Virus record (IMG/VR): IMGVR_UViG_3300021137_000001 | Coordinates: 1 to 64,000 of that record | DNA: 64,000 nucleotides | Direction: 5' to 3' (one strand) | Shown: piece by piece, positions 40,805 through 49,870 of the stretch | Layout of the letters: each line of letters starts with the position of its first letter | Numbering within the stretch: position 1 is the first letter of the stretch | Made by a program: the position numbers and the translations under genes | Notes under the pieces: generated by a model | Told to the model about the DNA's origin: nothing | Databases searched by the model: none | Seen by the model: the letters and a program-made list of their open reading frames with translations, nothing else

Positions 40805-41453
40805 GTTTAACTAGTAAAAAAATTATTAAGATCGAGCCAATAAATCCGACATTTTCGATAACTTGGTTTTTAGGATTAAGATGTAACTTTGATTGTATGT
40901 ATTGCCCTGACAAATATCATAATTTAACTGATAAGGATCTGACATTAGCTGAATTGCAACATAAATGGGAGATAATTTTTGCAAAAACACAAAAGCGTGG
41001 ATTAAAATATAAATTAGCATTCACTGGCGGTGAAGTTACTGCTAATAAAAATTTCCTACCTTTCTTACAATGGCTTGATACAAATTATAAGGAATATATT
41101 TCCGAAACAGGATTCACTACAAATGGATCCGCTAGTAAACAATATTACTTAACTGCAATATCAATTGATATAATTTCATTTATTAGTTTTTCAACGCACA
41201 GTGAATTTTTTAATGAACATAAATTTTTTGATACAATAATAGCAGTTCATCGAATAGCAACAATGATCCGTAAAAGTATACATGTTAATGTTATGAATGA
41301 ATATTAGAGCACTGAAAAATCTACAATATATTGCAACTTTTTAAAAGAGAAAAAATCAATCATAGTCTTAATGAAATCGAATACAGTCTTAAAATTAGAG
41401 ATACTATAAAACTTAATCCTAATAAAAAGGAGTTTAATTTTGACAGTCAATGA
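40801..41453 (+). pseudogene. Radical SAM gene, probably degraded (premature TAG plus frameshift)
   Basis: CNFDCMYC and FTGGE; TAG at 41305-41307; protein-like continuation switches frame at the A6 run (41350-41355) and ends at TGA 41451-41453. Confidence 0.55.
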
Positions 41454-41739
41454 TCGTAATTATAATTCAAAAGTTACATTTGATGATAATACTACGGCAC
41501 TAATATATGTTAGTAGATTACATAATGAGGGGCTTGATCATTGGCAAGGTTGGCACTGTGACGCAGGGGTCAATTATATTTACATTTATCAGAATGAAGT
41601 ATATGGCGGTGAATGTCAAAATGATAGGCTAGGCATATTGGATCAAGAATGGGACTTAATTGATTATTATACCATTTGTAATTTAGATAGGTGTAGCGGC
41701 TGCACCAATGATTTGATGCAGAAAAAGCAGAAACCGTAG
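41440..41739 (+). CDS. Cys-rich SPASM-like Fe-S domain protein
   Basis: WHCDAG, GGEC, CxxxxCxxC; AAGGAG before the TTG. Confidence 0.55.
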   Translation: MTVNDRNYNSKVTFDDNTTALIYVSRLHNEGLDHWQGWHCDAGVNYIYIYQNEVYGGECQNDRLGILDQEWDLIDYYTICNLDRCSGCTNDLMQKKQKP

Positions 41740-41820
41740 TTATCCCAACCTACATAAAGTAAAGTATATAGTAAACCATAGGAACACATGGACTATATAT
41801 AATACACAAGGAGGATTCTT

Positions 41821-42036
41821 ATGCGCAAACCAGAAGAAGCCACATTGCAACAAGCAACACCCGCCAGAGATTATTATTGTGCGGGAAGGAAGTGTAAGAT
41901 AAGTAATACGTGCCACAGACACACAGCAAGTCTAGAAGTTGCAGAACCCAGATGTAGTGATTATGATCTACTGATGATTCAAGAGCAACCAGCTACTTGC
42001 AGATTTTATACAATTCAAAGAAAGACATCAACTTAG
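41821..42036 (+). CDS. Small Cys-rich hypothetical protein
   Basis: GGAGG RBS; YCAGRKC...C...C pattern. Confidence 0.5.
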   Translation: MRKPEEATLQQATPARDYYCAGRKCKISNTCHRHTASLEVAEPRCSDYDLLMIQEQPATCRFYTIQRKTST

Positions 42037-42084
42037 TAACACGTCTGTAAGAAATACGCAATAACTTAATAGGAGGTATCTACT

Positions 42085-42600
42085 ATGAGCAGTTTCGTCT
42101 ACTCAAAAATAGCATTCATGGCCATTATGTCATTAGTTATAATTACTGCCAACGCAGAAGAAGCAATATCAGTCGCAACACAAAAACAATTAACTTGTTT
42201 AGCACAAAACATCTACCACGAAGCCGGAAACGAAAGTTTAGCTGGCAAAGTAGCAGTGGCTCAAGTAACAATCAATCGCGCTAAAAGCGGAGACTTCCCA
42301 CGTACAATATGTGGTGTAGTTAATCAAAAAATAGTAATAGCAGATAAAACAATATGTCAGTTCTCGTGGGTATGCGATCCGCTTGCTCACGGACAACGCA
42401 TATATTCTGCAGCATGGAAAGAAAGCTACACAATAGCACAAAACGTATTGTTCGAAGGACTACGCATTGAGTCATTGGGTACAGAAGCATTGTACTTTCA
42501 TAATGCATCTGCCAACCCACGATGGGGACTTGCAAAACTTGATCGCATTGGCGGGCATACATTTTACAGCGCAGACAAAGTAAAAGTAGCAGCCAGATAA
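42085..42600 (+). CDS. Cell wall hydrolase (SleB/Hydrolase_2 family)
   Basis: CLAQNIYHEA, VAQVTINR, QFSW, YFH, IGGHTFY; N-terminal signal. Confidence 0.85.
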   Translation: MSSFVYSKIAFMAIMSLVIITANAEEAISVATQKQLTCLAQNIYHEAGNESLAGKVAVAQVTINRAKSGDFPRTICGVVNQKIVIADKTICQFSWVCDPLAHGQRIYSAAWKESYTIAQNVLFEGLRIESLGTEALYFHNASANPRWGLAKLDRIGGHTFYSADKVKVAAR

Positions 42601-42603
42601 TGC

Positions 42604-42632
42604 TTGACACTTTCACTAAATTCAAGTATACT
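42604..42632 (+). promoter_or_regulatory. Sigma70-type promoter
   Basis: TTGACA-17nt-TATACT. Confidence 0.8.
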
Positions 42633-42657
42633 ATGTTTTTAGTGAAGGAGAGTTAAA

Positions 42658-43140
42658 ATTAAAATTGGATTCAGTTTTGGAAGATGCTTGCGAGATTTAG
42701 TCAACGGCACAGTTAAACTTGAAGATGTTATGTGCATCATTGCACGTACACATATGATTACAGAAGAACACGTTAAGAATGTGATTAAAGAATACACATA
42801 TCGACGTGATTACTTATACGGGCTTGACTCAGCAGAGTGTGAACGTATTGGACTCGAACTATGGAAGTCCGGTAAAATACTCGAGCCACGTGCTAACGGT
42901 ATTAGTGCTAGCTCAGTACCGCGTGATTATATCTGGATGGATTTATACCCAACAGAAGCAGACGTTACAAGTGATGGCGTTAAAGAAGCATGGGAAACAT
43001 ATCGTCTTATGATTGCGCTTACTGAACAACTACCCGAACCAAATGAGCAAGTGTATCATCACAGTTCAAAGTTTGTAAGCGAAAATGAGCGTGGCACCTT
43101 TGATGACATTGACCCCGCTATACTTGCGGCATTAATTTAA
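42658..43140 (+). CDS. Hypothetical early protein, probable ATT start
   Basis: AAGGAG at 42645-42650, ATT 7 nt later, in frame with the 42688 ORF; in-frame TGA at 42643. Confidence 0.6.
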   Translation: MKIGFSFGRCLRDLVNGTVKLEDVMCIIARTHMITEEHVKNVIKEYTYRRDYLYGLDSAECERIGLELWKSGKILEPRANGISASSVPRDYIWMDLYPTEADVTSDGVKEAWETYRLMIALTEQLPEPNEQVYHHSSKFVSENERGTFDDIDPAILAALI

Positions 43141-43193
43141 CTAAATATTTACATGGTGACAAAATTACCGTGCAAATTACAAAGGGACATACA

Positions 43194-43319
43194 ATGTCGA
43201 ACACTACAGATACAAACTTACCAACTCCCCCAGAAGAACCAACTCCCTCAACTGTCTGCCAACCAGGTGATACAGAATGCGTTAAACGCTTAATTGAAGC
43301 TTTTTCGGACTGTGATTAA
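43194..43319 (+). CDS. 41-aa Pro/Cys-containing peptide (...VCQPGDTECVKRLIEAFSDCD)
   Basis: AAGGGA RBS; TAAATA at 43142; translated by hand. Confidence 0.5.
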   Translation: MSNTTDTNLPTPPEEPTPSTVCQPGDTECVKRLIEAFSDCD

Positions 43320-43320
43320 A

Positions 43321-43650
43321 TTATAGATTATCTGGCCAGTCACGATATAATGCATGTTGGATATTGCCTTTAACAAACTGATTAAAACTTCTATGTTTAG
43401 ATTCTAGTTCACCTTCTAACGGAGCAACACGTTTAAACGCATTGTCCAGTTGCGCCATATCTTTAAATTCCATCATAATATGCCACTCTGGAATATCCAG
43501 GCTTCGAAATCCCATCTTACAACGTGTAATACGATAGCTAACTAATTTATCCTCGTTAACTAAATGTTGTAAAAATCCTTTCATATTATTGACCCAGTCT
43601 AAATCACTGATGTCGCCTTCTTTGTCTGCCCATATATGATAAATGTCCAT
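43321..43650 (-). CDS. DUF6614-like small protein
   Basis: YHIW, RCKMGFRS and PEWHIMMEF motifs (family recalled from memory, unverified). Confidence 0.5.
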   Translation of the reverse strand: MDIYHIWADKEGDISDLDWVNNMKGFLQHLVNEDKLVSYRITRCKMGFRSLDIPEWHIMMEFKDMAQLDNAFKRVAPLEGELESKHRSFNQFVKGNIQHALYRDWPDNL

Positions 43651-43651
43651 C

Positions 43652-44803
43652 TTAACTCCTCTCCGGAAAATAGTCTTTTATTGTACCTTCTCTATGCAAG
43701 TCACTTGTAATACAATGGAGGCCGCCATCCCAAAAATATCTATGTCGAAAATTGACAACATGAGGAGTAATTCCGTGCCGAACAAATGCCTCAAATACAT
43801 GTTCATTGTAATTATTACACACTACATTATGCTCATCTATAACCAACATATTGACATCAAATACAGTTTCTTCTACATAACCAACCCAATGCCCTAACCA
43901 TTGCTCGACAAAATCAGTAAATTCATCATTTAGTTCTTCTCCCGGAACCCACCACTTACCATAATTTTTTTCTTTAAGATCTAAAAATGGTTTAACAGCC
44001 GCCCAACTTTGACCTGGTAAATAAACAACTTCCCAGTCTGGGAATGTTTCGGCATACGTCGGAACATCCCTCAGACTTATAATCAGTCCTGGTTTAACCG
44101 GACAGTATGTGCTATCCATGTGTCCACCAGTATTAATAACACGGCACCGGTATTCTGAGAAAAAATTACTATATTTTTTTTTAATTTCTAATAGATCATC
44201 ATTGTAATTTTCAGTGCCAAAATATAAATCTCGACCAACTCTGGTAGTCATAGCACGGTTCAACAGTGCTGGTCCCGATCCGTCTGACATCGGTTGTTCA
44301 CTTATTATATTTCCTTGTGCGGATATTTTTTGAAATATATGGTTGTATTCTTGTGAAATAGTCACCCGATGTTTATTAATAATTGACTGTACTTCTTGTT
44401 TAATAATATCGGGTAATATATTATATTCATCTACAGTAGATATTTTTGGCCAATCATCTGCTGCAATACTTTGATATACCTGCACCTCGGTGCACCAATT
44501 ATGATAAAAAGTTTCACCAATCATAACTGAAAAATCACATGGAGTCATTGGTGGGGGTAGATATCTCCCATCCTTTAAATATACACTAAAATCTTCATTA
44601 ATTATAGGTCTGAGTACTTCGACCCCAAATGATTCTAATAGAATGATTAATTTTTGATAATCTTCTTCTGTTTCGACGGCAATGCGTTCCATAACAGAAC
44701 GCACACGTATATTTTTAATAAATGAATAAAATTCAGGAGGATAGCTACGTCCTACTATGCAGACCTTAAGTGGATCCCAATGTTGATAAACTGAATATGT
44801 CAT
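43652..44803 (-). CDS. Amidinotransferase (glycine/inosamine amidinotransferase superfamily)
   Basis: WDPLKVCIVG, GHMD, RHRYFWDGGLHCITSDLHR. Confidence 0.8.
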   Translation of the reverse strand: MTYSVYQHWDPLKVCIVGRSYPPEFYSFIKNIRVRSVMERIAVETEEDYQKLIILLESFGVEVLRPIINEDFSVYLKDGRYLPPPMTPCDFSVMIGETFYHNWCTEVQVYQSIAADDWPKISTVDEYNILPDIIKQEVQSIINKHRVTISQEYNHIFQKISAQGNIISEQPMSDGSGPALLNRAMTTRVGRDLYFGTENYNDDLLEIKKKYSNFFSEYRCRVINTGGHMDSTYCPVKPGLIISLRDVPTYAETFPDWEVVYLPGQSWAAVKPFLDLKEKNYGKWWVPGEELNDEFTDFVEQWLGHWVGYVEETVFDVNMLVIDEHNVVCNNYNEHVFEAFVRHGITPHVVNFRHRYFWDGGLHCITSDLHREGTIKDYFPERS

Positions 44804-45228
44804 TCTAATTTTCCTAATAATTCAAACCCGGAGATAGTTTGTTTGTATTCATCTGCTCCGCCCATATACAAATAAGTAAATCCTAATGCTTTGTATATAG
44901 CACACTCATTCTTTAAACTTTCTATTCCTAATCGCAATTTAGGATTATCATAATCCCATGCAAACTGTAAACTTTCAGCATTATTAACATCGTATTTTTT
45001 AACTAAACTAAATGCTATTAATTGACCCTGATTATGATATCCGATTATGTCAGTATTACTATCTAAATATTGTTGATTAAAAATTGGCATTACGCTACTA
45101 AACTTTTTATACTCGCAGTACTTGCGATAAATGAGATTTAATTCTGATATATCAGGGTTGCGGATATATTGCCAGTTGGTTGATGTTGTATAATTGGTTT
45201 TTGCCAGATTTATTCTTGCGTATTTCAT
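44800..45228 (-). CDS. GNAT protein resembling the C-domain of aminoacyl-tRNA-protein transferases (ATE1/Bpt-like)
   Basis: LIAFSLV...WDYDNPKLRLG...E...ALGFTYLYMG resembles the YDP...SLG...YxYLG pattern. Confidence 0.55.
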   Translation of the reverse strand: MKYARINLAKTNYTTSTNWQYIRNPDISELNLIYRKYCEYKKFSSVMPIFNQQYLDSNTDIIGYHNQGQLIAFSLVKKYDVNNAESLQFAWDYDNPKLRLGIESLKNECAIYKALGFTYLYMGGADEYKQTISGFELLGKLE

Positions 45229-45232
45229 TAAA

Positions 45233-45727
45233 TTACTTATGGCGCCACGTTACTACTTCGTCTAACTCTGATTGACTCCATGTATCATAATATCCCTTAG
45301 CACGAATTTGATCAGACGCCGCAGTTAATTTACTCAACGGAGAGATTACAAATAATCCACATTGCCCAAAGTTCATATTAACCCCTGCAATATATTCTTT
45401 TACATCTGGGTGGTCTTCTAATAGAACATAATCATTTTGCATAATGTTAGCATTCAATTCTAATGCTAACTGTTGGCAATCTTCACCAGAGATTAGTGTA
45501 TGGTCAAAGCATATAACTGCTACGTCATACTGTCCGAACATAGTTAAACTTTCGTTGACAGTTTTGGTTAAGTCTGCTATACTACTTTCGATTATAAGGA
45601 TTTTATTGTTTATGCGAGCTTGTCTTGCATACAGGCAAGGCGGCCAATTATTTAATGCAGGATTTGGTTTCTCTACAAATGACGTCAACCATTCGATTAA
45701 TTGAGTCTTTATTAAATTGAAGTTCAT
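45233..45727 (-). CDS. Hypothetical protein (DUF1415-like N-terminus)
   Basis: W...V...PPCLYARQA; first gene after the minus-strand TAAATA (45733-45738). Confidence 0.5.
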   Translation of the reverse strand: MNFNLIKTQLIEWLTSFVEKPNPALNNWPPCLYARQARINNKILIIESSIADLTKTVNESLTMFGQYDVAVICFDHTLISGEDCQQLALELNANIMQNDYVLLEDHPDVKEYIAGVNMNFGQCGLFVISPLSKLTAASDQIRAKGYYDTWSQSELDEVVTWRHK

Positions 45728-45751
45728 ACTACTATTTAAGGTAGATTTAGG

Positions 45752-45780
45752 TTGACAAAATATTATTTTGGCTGTATAAT
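45752..45780 (+). promoter_or_regulatory. Consensus early promoter
   Basis: TTGACA-17nt-TATAAT with TG extension. Confidence 0.85.
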
Positions 45781-45812
45781 GCTATACATACACTAACAAC
45801 AAGGAGCAACAA

Positions 45813-45977
45813 ATGACTAAACTTATTATTATTTTTATCTGCCTTAATTTAACTGCTTGCGGGTGGGACCAGAAGAAATGTGTAGATGGAAAGTTATACC
45901 ACAAGCCCTACGGAAATGGACCGTACCTACTCGAAAACGGTATCACTTGCCTACCTGAAGATAAGGAAACAAAATGA
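45813..45977 (+). CDS. Small lipoprotein (54 aa)
   Basis: MTK plus hydrophobic stretch and lipobox LTA|C; AAGGAG RBS; translated by hand. Confidence 0.65.
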   Translation: MTKLIIIFICLNLTACGWDQKKCVDGKLYHKPYGNGPYLLENGITCLPEDKETK

Positions 45978-46261
45978 AAAACTTAGCACAGTATATTGAA
46001 CAGAAAAATACTTGGGCAATTTTTTTTAAAAGCCCAACTTATGATGTTAATAACTTATCAGAACGTGATTGTCAAAATCTGTACGATAGTTTAGACAATG
46101 ACCTAAGCCCAGAGAACTTAACTTGTGACGGCGAACTTAGCGGAGCAAACATTCGCGGTCGCGCACGTTTATTGAACTCAGCGGCAAAAGAGTTAGTTAC
46201 GATAATTCGTGCTAACAACTACACAATCCCCTACTCCGACTTCCGCGAACTTAATTTTTAA
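45974..46261 (+). CDS. Hypothetical early protein
   Basis: LSPENLTCDGE motif; coupled to the lipoprotein gene. Confidence 0.6.
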   Translation: MKNLAQYIEQKNTWAIFFKSPTYDVNNLSERDCQNLYDSLDNDLSPENLTCDGELSGANIRGRARLLNSAAKELVTIIRANNYTIPYSDFRELNF

Positions 46262-46265
46262 TCAC

Positions 46266-46294
46266 TTGACTTTTTGGTAAAATGGCTGTATAAT
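46266..46294 (+). promoter_or_regulatory. Early promoter
   Basis: TTGACT-17nt-TATAAT with TG. Confidence 0.8.
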
Positions 46295-46326
46295 AGCACT
46301 TATACACTAAAGCAACGGAGCACAAG

Positions 46327-46758
46327 ATGACATACACATTTGATGAGAACGTAGTTAGCGACTTACACAAAGATGCACGTGGTTCACGTCCAAATGAATA
46401 CTTTTGGGAAGAATGGTATAACATCAATGATGAAGGTAAACAGTCAATATGGGATGGCTTGCTTGTGGAACTTGACGTTACTGATAAGGAAGAACAAGCT
46501 CGCGAACAATCAGCAATTGCTAGTTTTGAACGGCACATTGCTTCATTGGAATCAATTAGCAACTCACGTGAACAATCAATCAGATGGATTCTTGAAGGCT
46601 TAGAACTTACTGAATCAGACAAACTATATGGTAGTGATTACATTTGCTACAAATTGGGTCTACCATACAGTTACGCTACACAATTTGATCTAGCAAGTGT
46701 GCGCAACGACGCAGACATATATGCGGATTTAGATGCTATTGCATATGGCAACAAATAG
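46327..46758 (+). CDS. Hypothetical early protein
   Basis: SDLHKDARGSRP motif; GGAG RBS. Confidence 0.6.
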   Translation: MTYTFDENVVSDLHKDARGSRPNEYFWEEWYNINDEGKQSIWDGLLVELDVTDKEEQAREQSAIASFERHIASLESISNSREQSIRWILEGLELTESDKLYGSDYICYKLGLPYSYATQFDLASVRNDADIYADLDAIAYGNK

Positions 46759-46759
46759 G

Positions 46760-46788
46760 TTGACAGAACAGAAAATAGACTGTATAAT
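46760..46788 (+). promoter_or_regulatory. Early promoter
   Basis: TTGACA-17nt-TATAAT with TG. Confidence 0.85.
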
Positions 46789-46850
46789 AGCTACATAATA
46801 AGAAAACAGATAACTGTTTCAAAATTATAAAATTATTTAAGGAGCATTAA

Positions 46851-47873
46851 ATGACTGGTTTTGTTAAAATTAAAAGTGGTACTTACAGAAACGCTAAAGT
46901 AGAAAACGAAGTGTTTCCGCTTGTTAAACAATATACTGTTGGTGCTAAAGGTGGCTTTATTACTGTTGATGGTACAGGACAGTTTGGTAAGGATAAAGTA
47001 CGTGTGTTAGTAGATGGTGTAACAGACTTTGAGTTTGTACACGCAGACGAATATACAGGTACTGTTAGCACAGCAACAAAAACTTCAGCAGTAACGTCAA
47101 CAGATGAAGAACGTATTACGCAAATTGCAGAACGTTTTGAAATCTTAGATGACATGACTAAGGCAACATTGAATGGTGACATTCGTGCGCTGATTGTAAG
47201 TGGCCCTCCGGGTGTTGGTAAATCTTTTACAGTTGAACGTGAACTTGAACGTTCTGCACTGTTTGATCAAATTAGCGGACGTCGTGTAAAAAGTACTATT
47301 GTTAAAGGTAGTGCAACAGCTATTGGCTTGTACAAAACATTGTATGAGTTTAGTGATAGCAACTGCGTAATTGTATTTGATGACTGTGATAGCATCTTGT
47401 TTGATGAAGTGAGTTTGAACTTGCTTAAAGGTGCATTGGACAGTGGTAAAAATCGTAAGATTAGCTGGTTAGCTGAATCACGTGTATTGAAAAATGAAGG
47501 CATTCCAAATAGCTTTACATTTCACGGTAGCGTAATTTTTATTACAAACTTGAAATTTGATCAAGTACGTAGTCAAAAGATGAAAGATCACTTAGAAGCA
47601 TTGCAATCACGTTGTCATTACTTAGATTTGACACTTGATACAATGCGTGATAAGATTTTGCGTATCAAACAAATTGCCGATACTGGTGTGTTGTTTGCAG
47701 ACTACGATTTTGAACAATGCGCACAAGATGAGATTATTAACTTCTTGAACGTAAACAAAAACAAAATGCGTGAAATGAGTTTGCGTATGGCAATTAAAGT
47801 AGCAGAGCTACGTAAGAGCTTTCCGACAAAATGGCAGGCACTTGCTTCAACAACTTGTATGAAAGCAGGTTAA
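46851..47873 (+). CDS. AAA+ ATPase
   Basis: Walker A GPPGVGKS, Walker B IVFDDCD, ITN, SRC arginine finger. Confidence 0.8.
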   Translation: MTGFVKIKSGTYRNAKVENEVFPLVKQYTVGAKGGFITVDGTGQFGKDKVRVLVDGVTDFEFVHADEYTGTVSTATKTSAVTSTDEERITQIAERFEILDDMTKATLNGDIRALIVSGPPGVGKSFTVERELERSALFDQISGRRVKSTIVKGSATAIGLYKTLYEFSDSNCVIVFDDCDSILFDEVSLNLLKGALDSGKNRKISWLAESRVLKNEGIPNSFTFHGSVIFITNLKFDQVRSQKMKDHLEALQSRCHYLDLTLDTMRDKILRIKQIADTGVLFADYDFEQCAQDEIINFLNVNKNKMREMSLRMAIKVAELRKSFPTKWQALASTTCMKAG

Positions 47874-48139
47874 TGCGACATCGCAAGCGTAGAGTCTTAG
47901 AGGGTAGCTGGTTTAACTTAAACAGTGTAACCAGCCCCGCAACAGGTCGTAAGCACTATGTGGTCAGTGCTAATGCCTACAGACTATTAAAGTTAGAAGG
48001 CATGAACATAGACGATGTGCGTGATCACTTTGACCCACATCATAATAGAGGTAGTAAGCACAGTACTTCGTGGAAGTTTAGAAGCCGTGAACAAGCAGAA
48101 CAATTACTTACAATGGCAATATTAAAGTTCGGAGGATAA
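47873..48139 (+). CDS. Hypothetical protein
   Basis: TAATG coupling. Confidence 0.5.
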   Translation: MRHRKRRVLEGSWFNLNSVTSPATGRKHYVVSANAYRLLKLEGMNIDDVRDHFDPHHNRGSKHSTSWKFRSREQAEQLLTMAILKFGG

Positions 48140-48140
48140 G

Positions 48141-48515
48141 ATGGCTACTGGATACGCTCACGCAACAATTGAACGGCAGTTTCTAGCAGAAACAATACGT
48201 AAAGCAAAGTACGCGGCAAAGACAACTAGGAATCTTGCTTTCCTAGTTGACTTGGACTATGTTATTGGTTTACTAAAAGCGCAGTCCGGCAAGTGTGCGA
48301 TTACAGGTTGGGATTTAGAATTTACACGCGGCGGGACCTTCAAGGGAAGTATGAATCCTCGAGGTTGCACGATGGATAGAATTGATAACGACAAAGGTTA
48401 TATTCGAGGTAATATTCAATTGACCTGTGTGTTGCCTAATATGATTCGGGGAACAATGTCGTTGGAGTCATTTAAATCTTTGTGCAATGATGTAGTTGCA
48501 CATACAGGAAAATAA
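48141..48515 (+). CDS. HNH/endonuclease VII-like protein
   Basis: CAITG...DRIDNDKGYIRGNIQLTC. Confidence 0.65.
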   Translation: MATGYAHATIERQFLAETIRKAKYAAKTTRNLAFLVDLDYVIGLLKAQSGKCAITGWDLEFTRGGTFKGSMNPRGCTMDRIDNDKGYIRGNIQLTCVLPNMIRGTMSLESFKSLCNDVVAHTGK

Positions 48516-48516
48516 G

Positions 48517-48624
48517 ATGGACAACAACACAGCCGCACTATTATTACTTGCTGGTACAGCTTATTTGGTAGGTTGGTGCGGCTGGAGTGCTTGGTGGTTT
48601 TTGTTTGCAGTATTATTGATGTAA
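48517..48624 (+). CDS. 35-aa hydrophobic membrane peptide
   Basis: MDNNTAALLLLAGTAYLVGWCGWSAWWFLFAVLLM; translated by hand. Confidence 0.45.
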   Translation: MDNNTAALLLLAGTAYLVGWCGWSAWWFLFAVLLM

Positions 48625-48668
48625 TAGCTTTCACTGTGTCGCATGTATGCTCCTGACACAGTGACCTC

Positions 48669-48703
48669 AAAGCCCGATGTTTAATCGCATTGGGCTTTTT
48701 TTT
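48669..48703 (+). terminator. Rho-independent terminator
   Basis: AAAGCCCGATG...CATTGGGC followed by a T run. Confidence 0.75.
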
Positions 48704-48708
48704 ATCGG

Positions 48709-48737
48709 TTGCTCTCTATAACTTAATCGCGTATAAT
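48709..48737 (+). promoter_or_regulatory. Sigma70-like promoter
   Basis: TTGCTC-17nt-TATAAT; ATG follows 5 nt later. Confidence 0.6.
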
Positions 48738-48742
48738 AAACT

Positions 48743-49870
48743 ATGACCTATAAATTCATCGAAGATTTTTTAGAAATAATGGCTGGTTACGATAACAATA
48801 TCGCACCAAACATATTTCACGTTGCTAACTACACCCCAACTATTAGCCTTGCTCGTTACGACCATACAATAGTTGAGAGCATGGGCGCACATACACGTTA
48901 TGGTGGCGCACTAACTGATAAGCAAGCTGACTTGGCTGTACGCCTAGTGCTTAAATATCGTAAGCAATTTACTAAACTTGGTATTGATGTAACGCCAGCC
49001 GAGAACCCACAGTATCGCAGACCAGTGCGCATTATTAACAGAGCAAAACGTGTATGGTTAGATGATGAACGTATTGCTATGCGCTTCCCATACGACATGG
49101 CGATTATTAAAGAAGTGCAGACATACAGAAATCAAAGTCAAGGGCGCATGAAGTTTGATAGCGAAGATAAGATATGGTATCTAGCATTAACAGAATCAAA
49201 CATCTGTTGGGCAGTTGCATTTAGCGAACTATATAACTTTGAAGTCGATGAGCTTGTACAAAACTTAAACACACTAATCACAACATGCGAAGCAGAACTG
49301 TATGAGATTAAACTTGTATATGATGCGGTGCATGGCTTTAAGATTACTAACGCGGCTGATAGTTTAATTGAATACATCAATACTAACTTAGGTGGGTTTG
49401 GTCTCGACAATGCAGTTGCACTAATTGATAATGCAAGTGTGCTAGGTTATACGTATGACGAAATGATTATACACCCTGCACTATTAGATGTGTTTAATAT
49501 GCGTCGTAACATACATCTACCAACTACAGCAAGTGCCCTTACGCTTGTTTTAGACTATGCAGAGCTAACTAATCGCTACCCTGTATGTATATACGACCCA
49601 TCAATGACATCAACGGATATGGATTTAAGCAGGTTTAGTGAAAGCGAAATTGTACGCTTTAATCATAGTGGTAAAACAAAGACTTGCGATTATAACATAG
49701 ATTGTGTTAAAGTAGTATATGCAAACAAGATACCAACGACATGGGAGTATCCAGTGCCGTTACTTATATCAACTGCTGAGATGATGTTTGGTGGTAAACG
49801 GATGGAATGGATTAATCGAGCAGAGAAGATTGTTTACTATACCAATGTTAAATTGAGAGAAGCTGATTAA
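48743..49870 (+). CDS. Hypothetical protein upstream of uvsW
   Basis: 375-aa ORF. Confidence 0.65.
   Translation: MTYKFIEDFLEIMAGYDNNIAPNIFHVANYTPTISLARYDHTIVESMGAHTRYGGALTDKQADLAVRLVLKYRKQFTKLGIDVTPAENPQYRRPVRIINRAKRVWLDDERIAMRFPYDMAIIKEVQTYRNQSQGRMKFDSEDKIWYLALTESNICWAVAFSELYNFEVDELVQNLNTLITTCEAELYEIKLVYDAVHGFKITNAADSLIEYINTNLGGFGLDNAVALIDNASVLGYTYDEMIIHPALLDVFNMRRNIHLPTTASALTLVLDYAELTNRYPVCIYDPSMTSTDMDLSRFSESEIVRFNHSGKTKTCDYNIDCVKVVYANKIPTTWEYPVPLLISTAEMMFGGKRMEWINRAEKIVYYTNVKLREAD

Noticed and set aside
41305-41307. Stop-codon reassignment (TAG read-through) suggested by the in-frame TAG in the radical SAM gene
   Set aside because: Core genes are intact in code 11 and several end properly in TAG (ssb 27077, terL-C 23506, 34234); a nearby frameshift also points to decay
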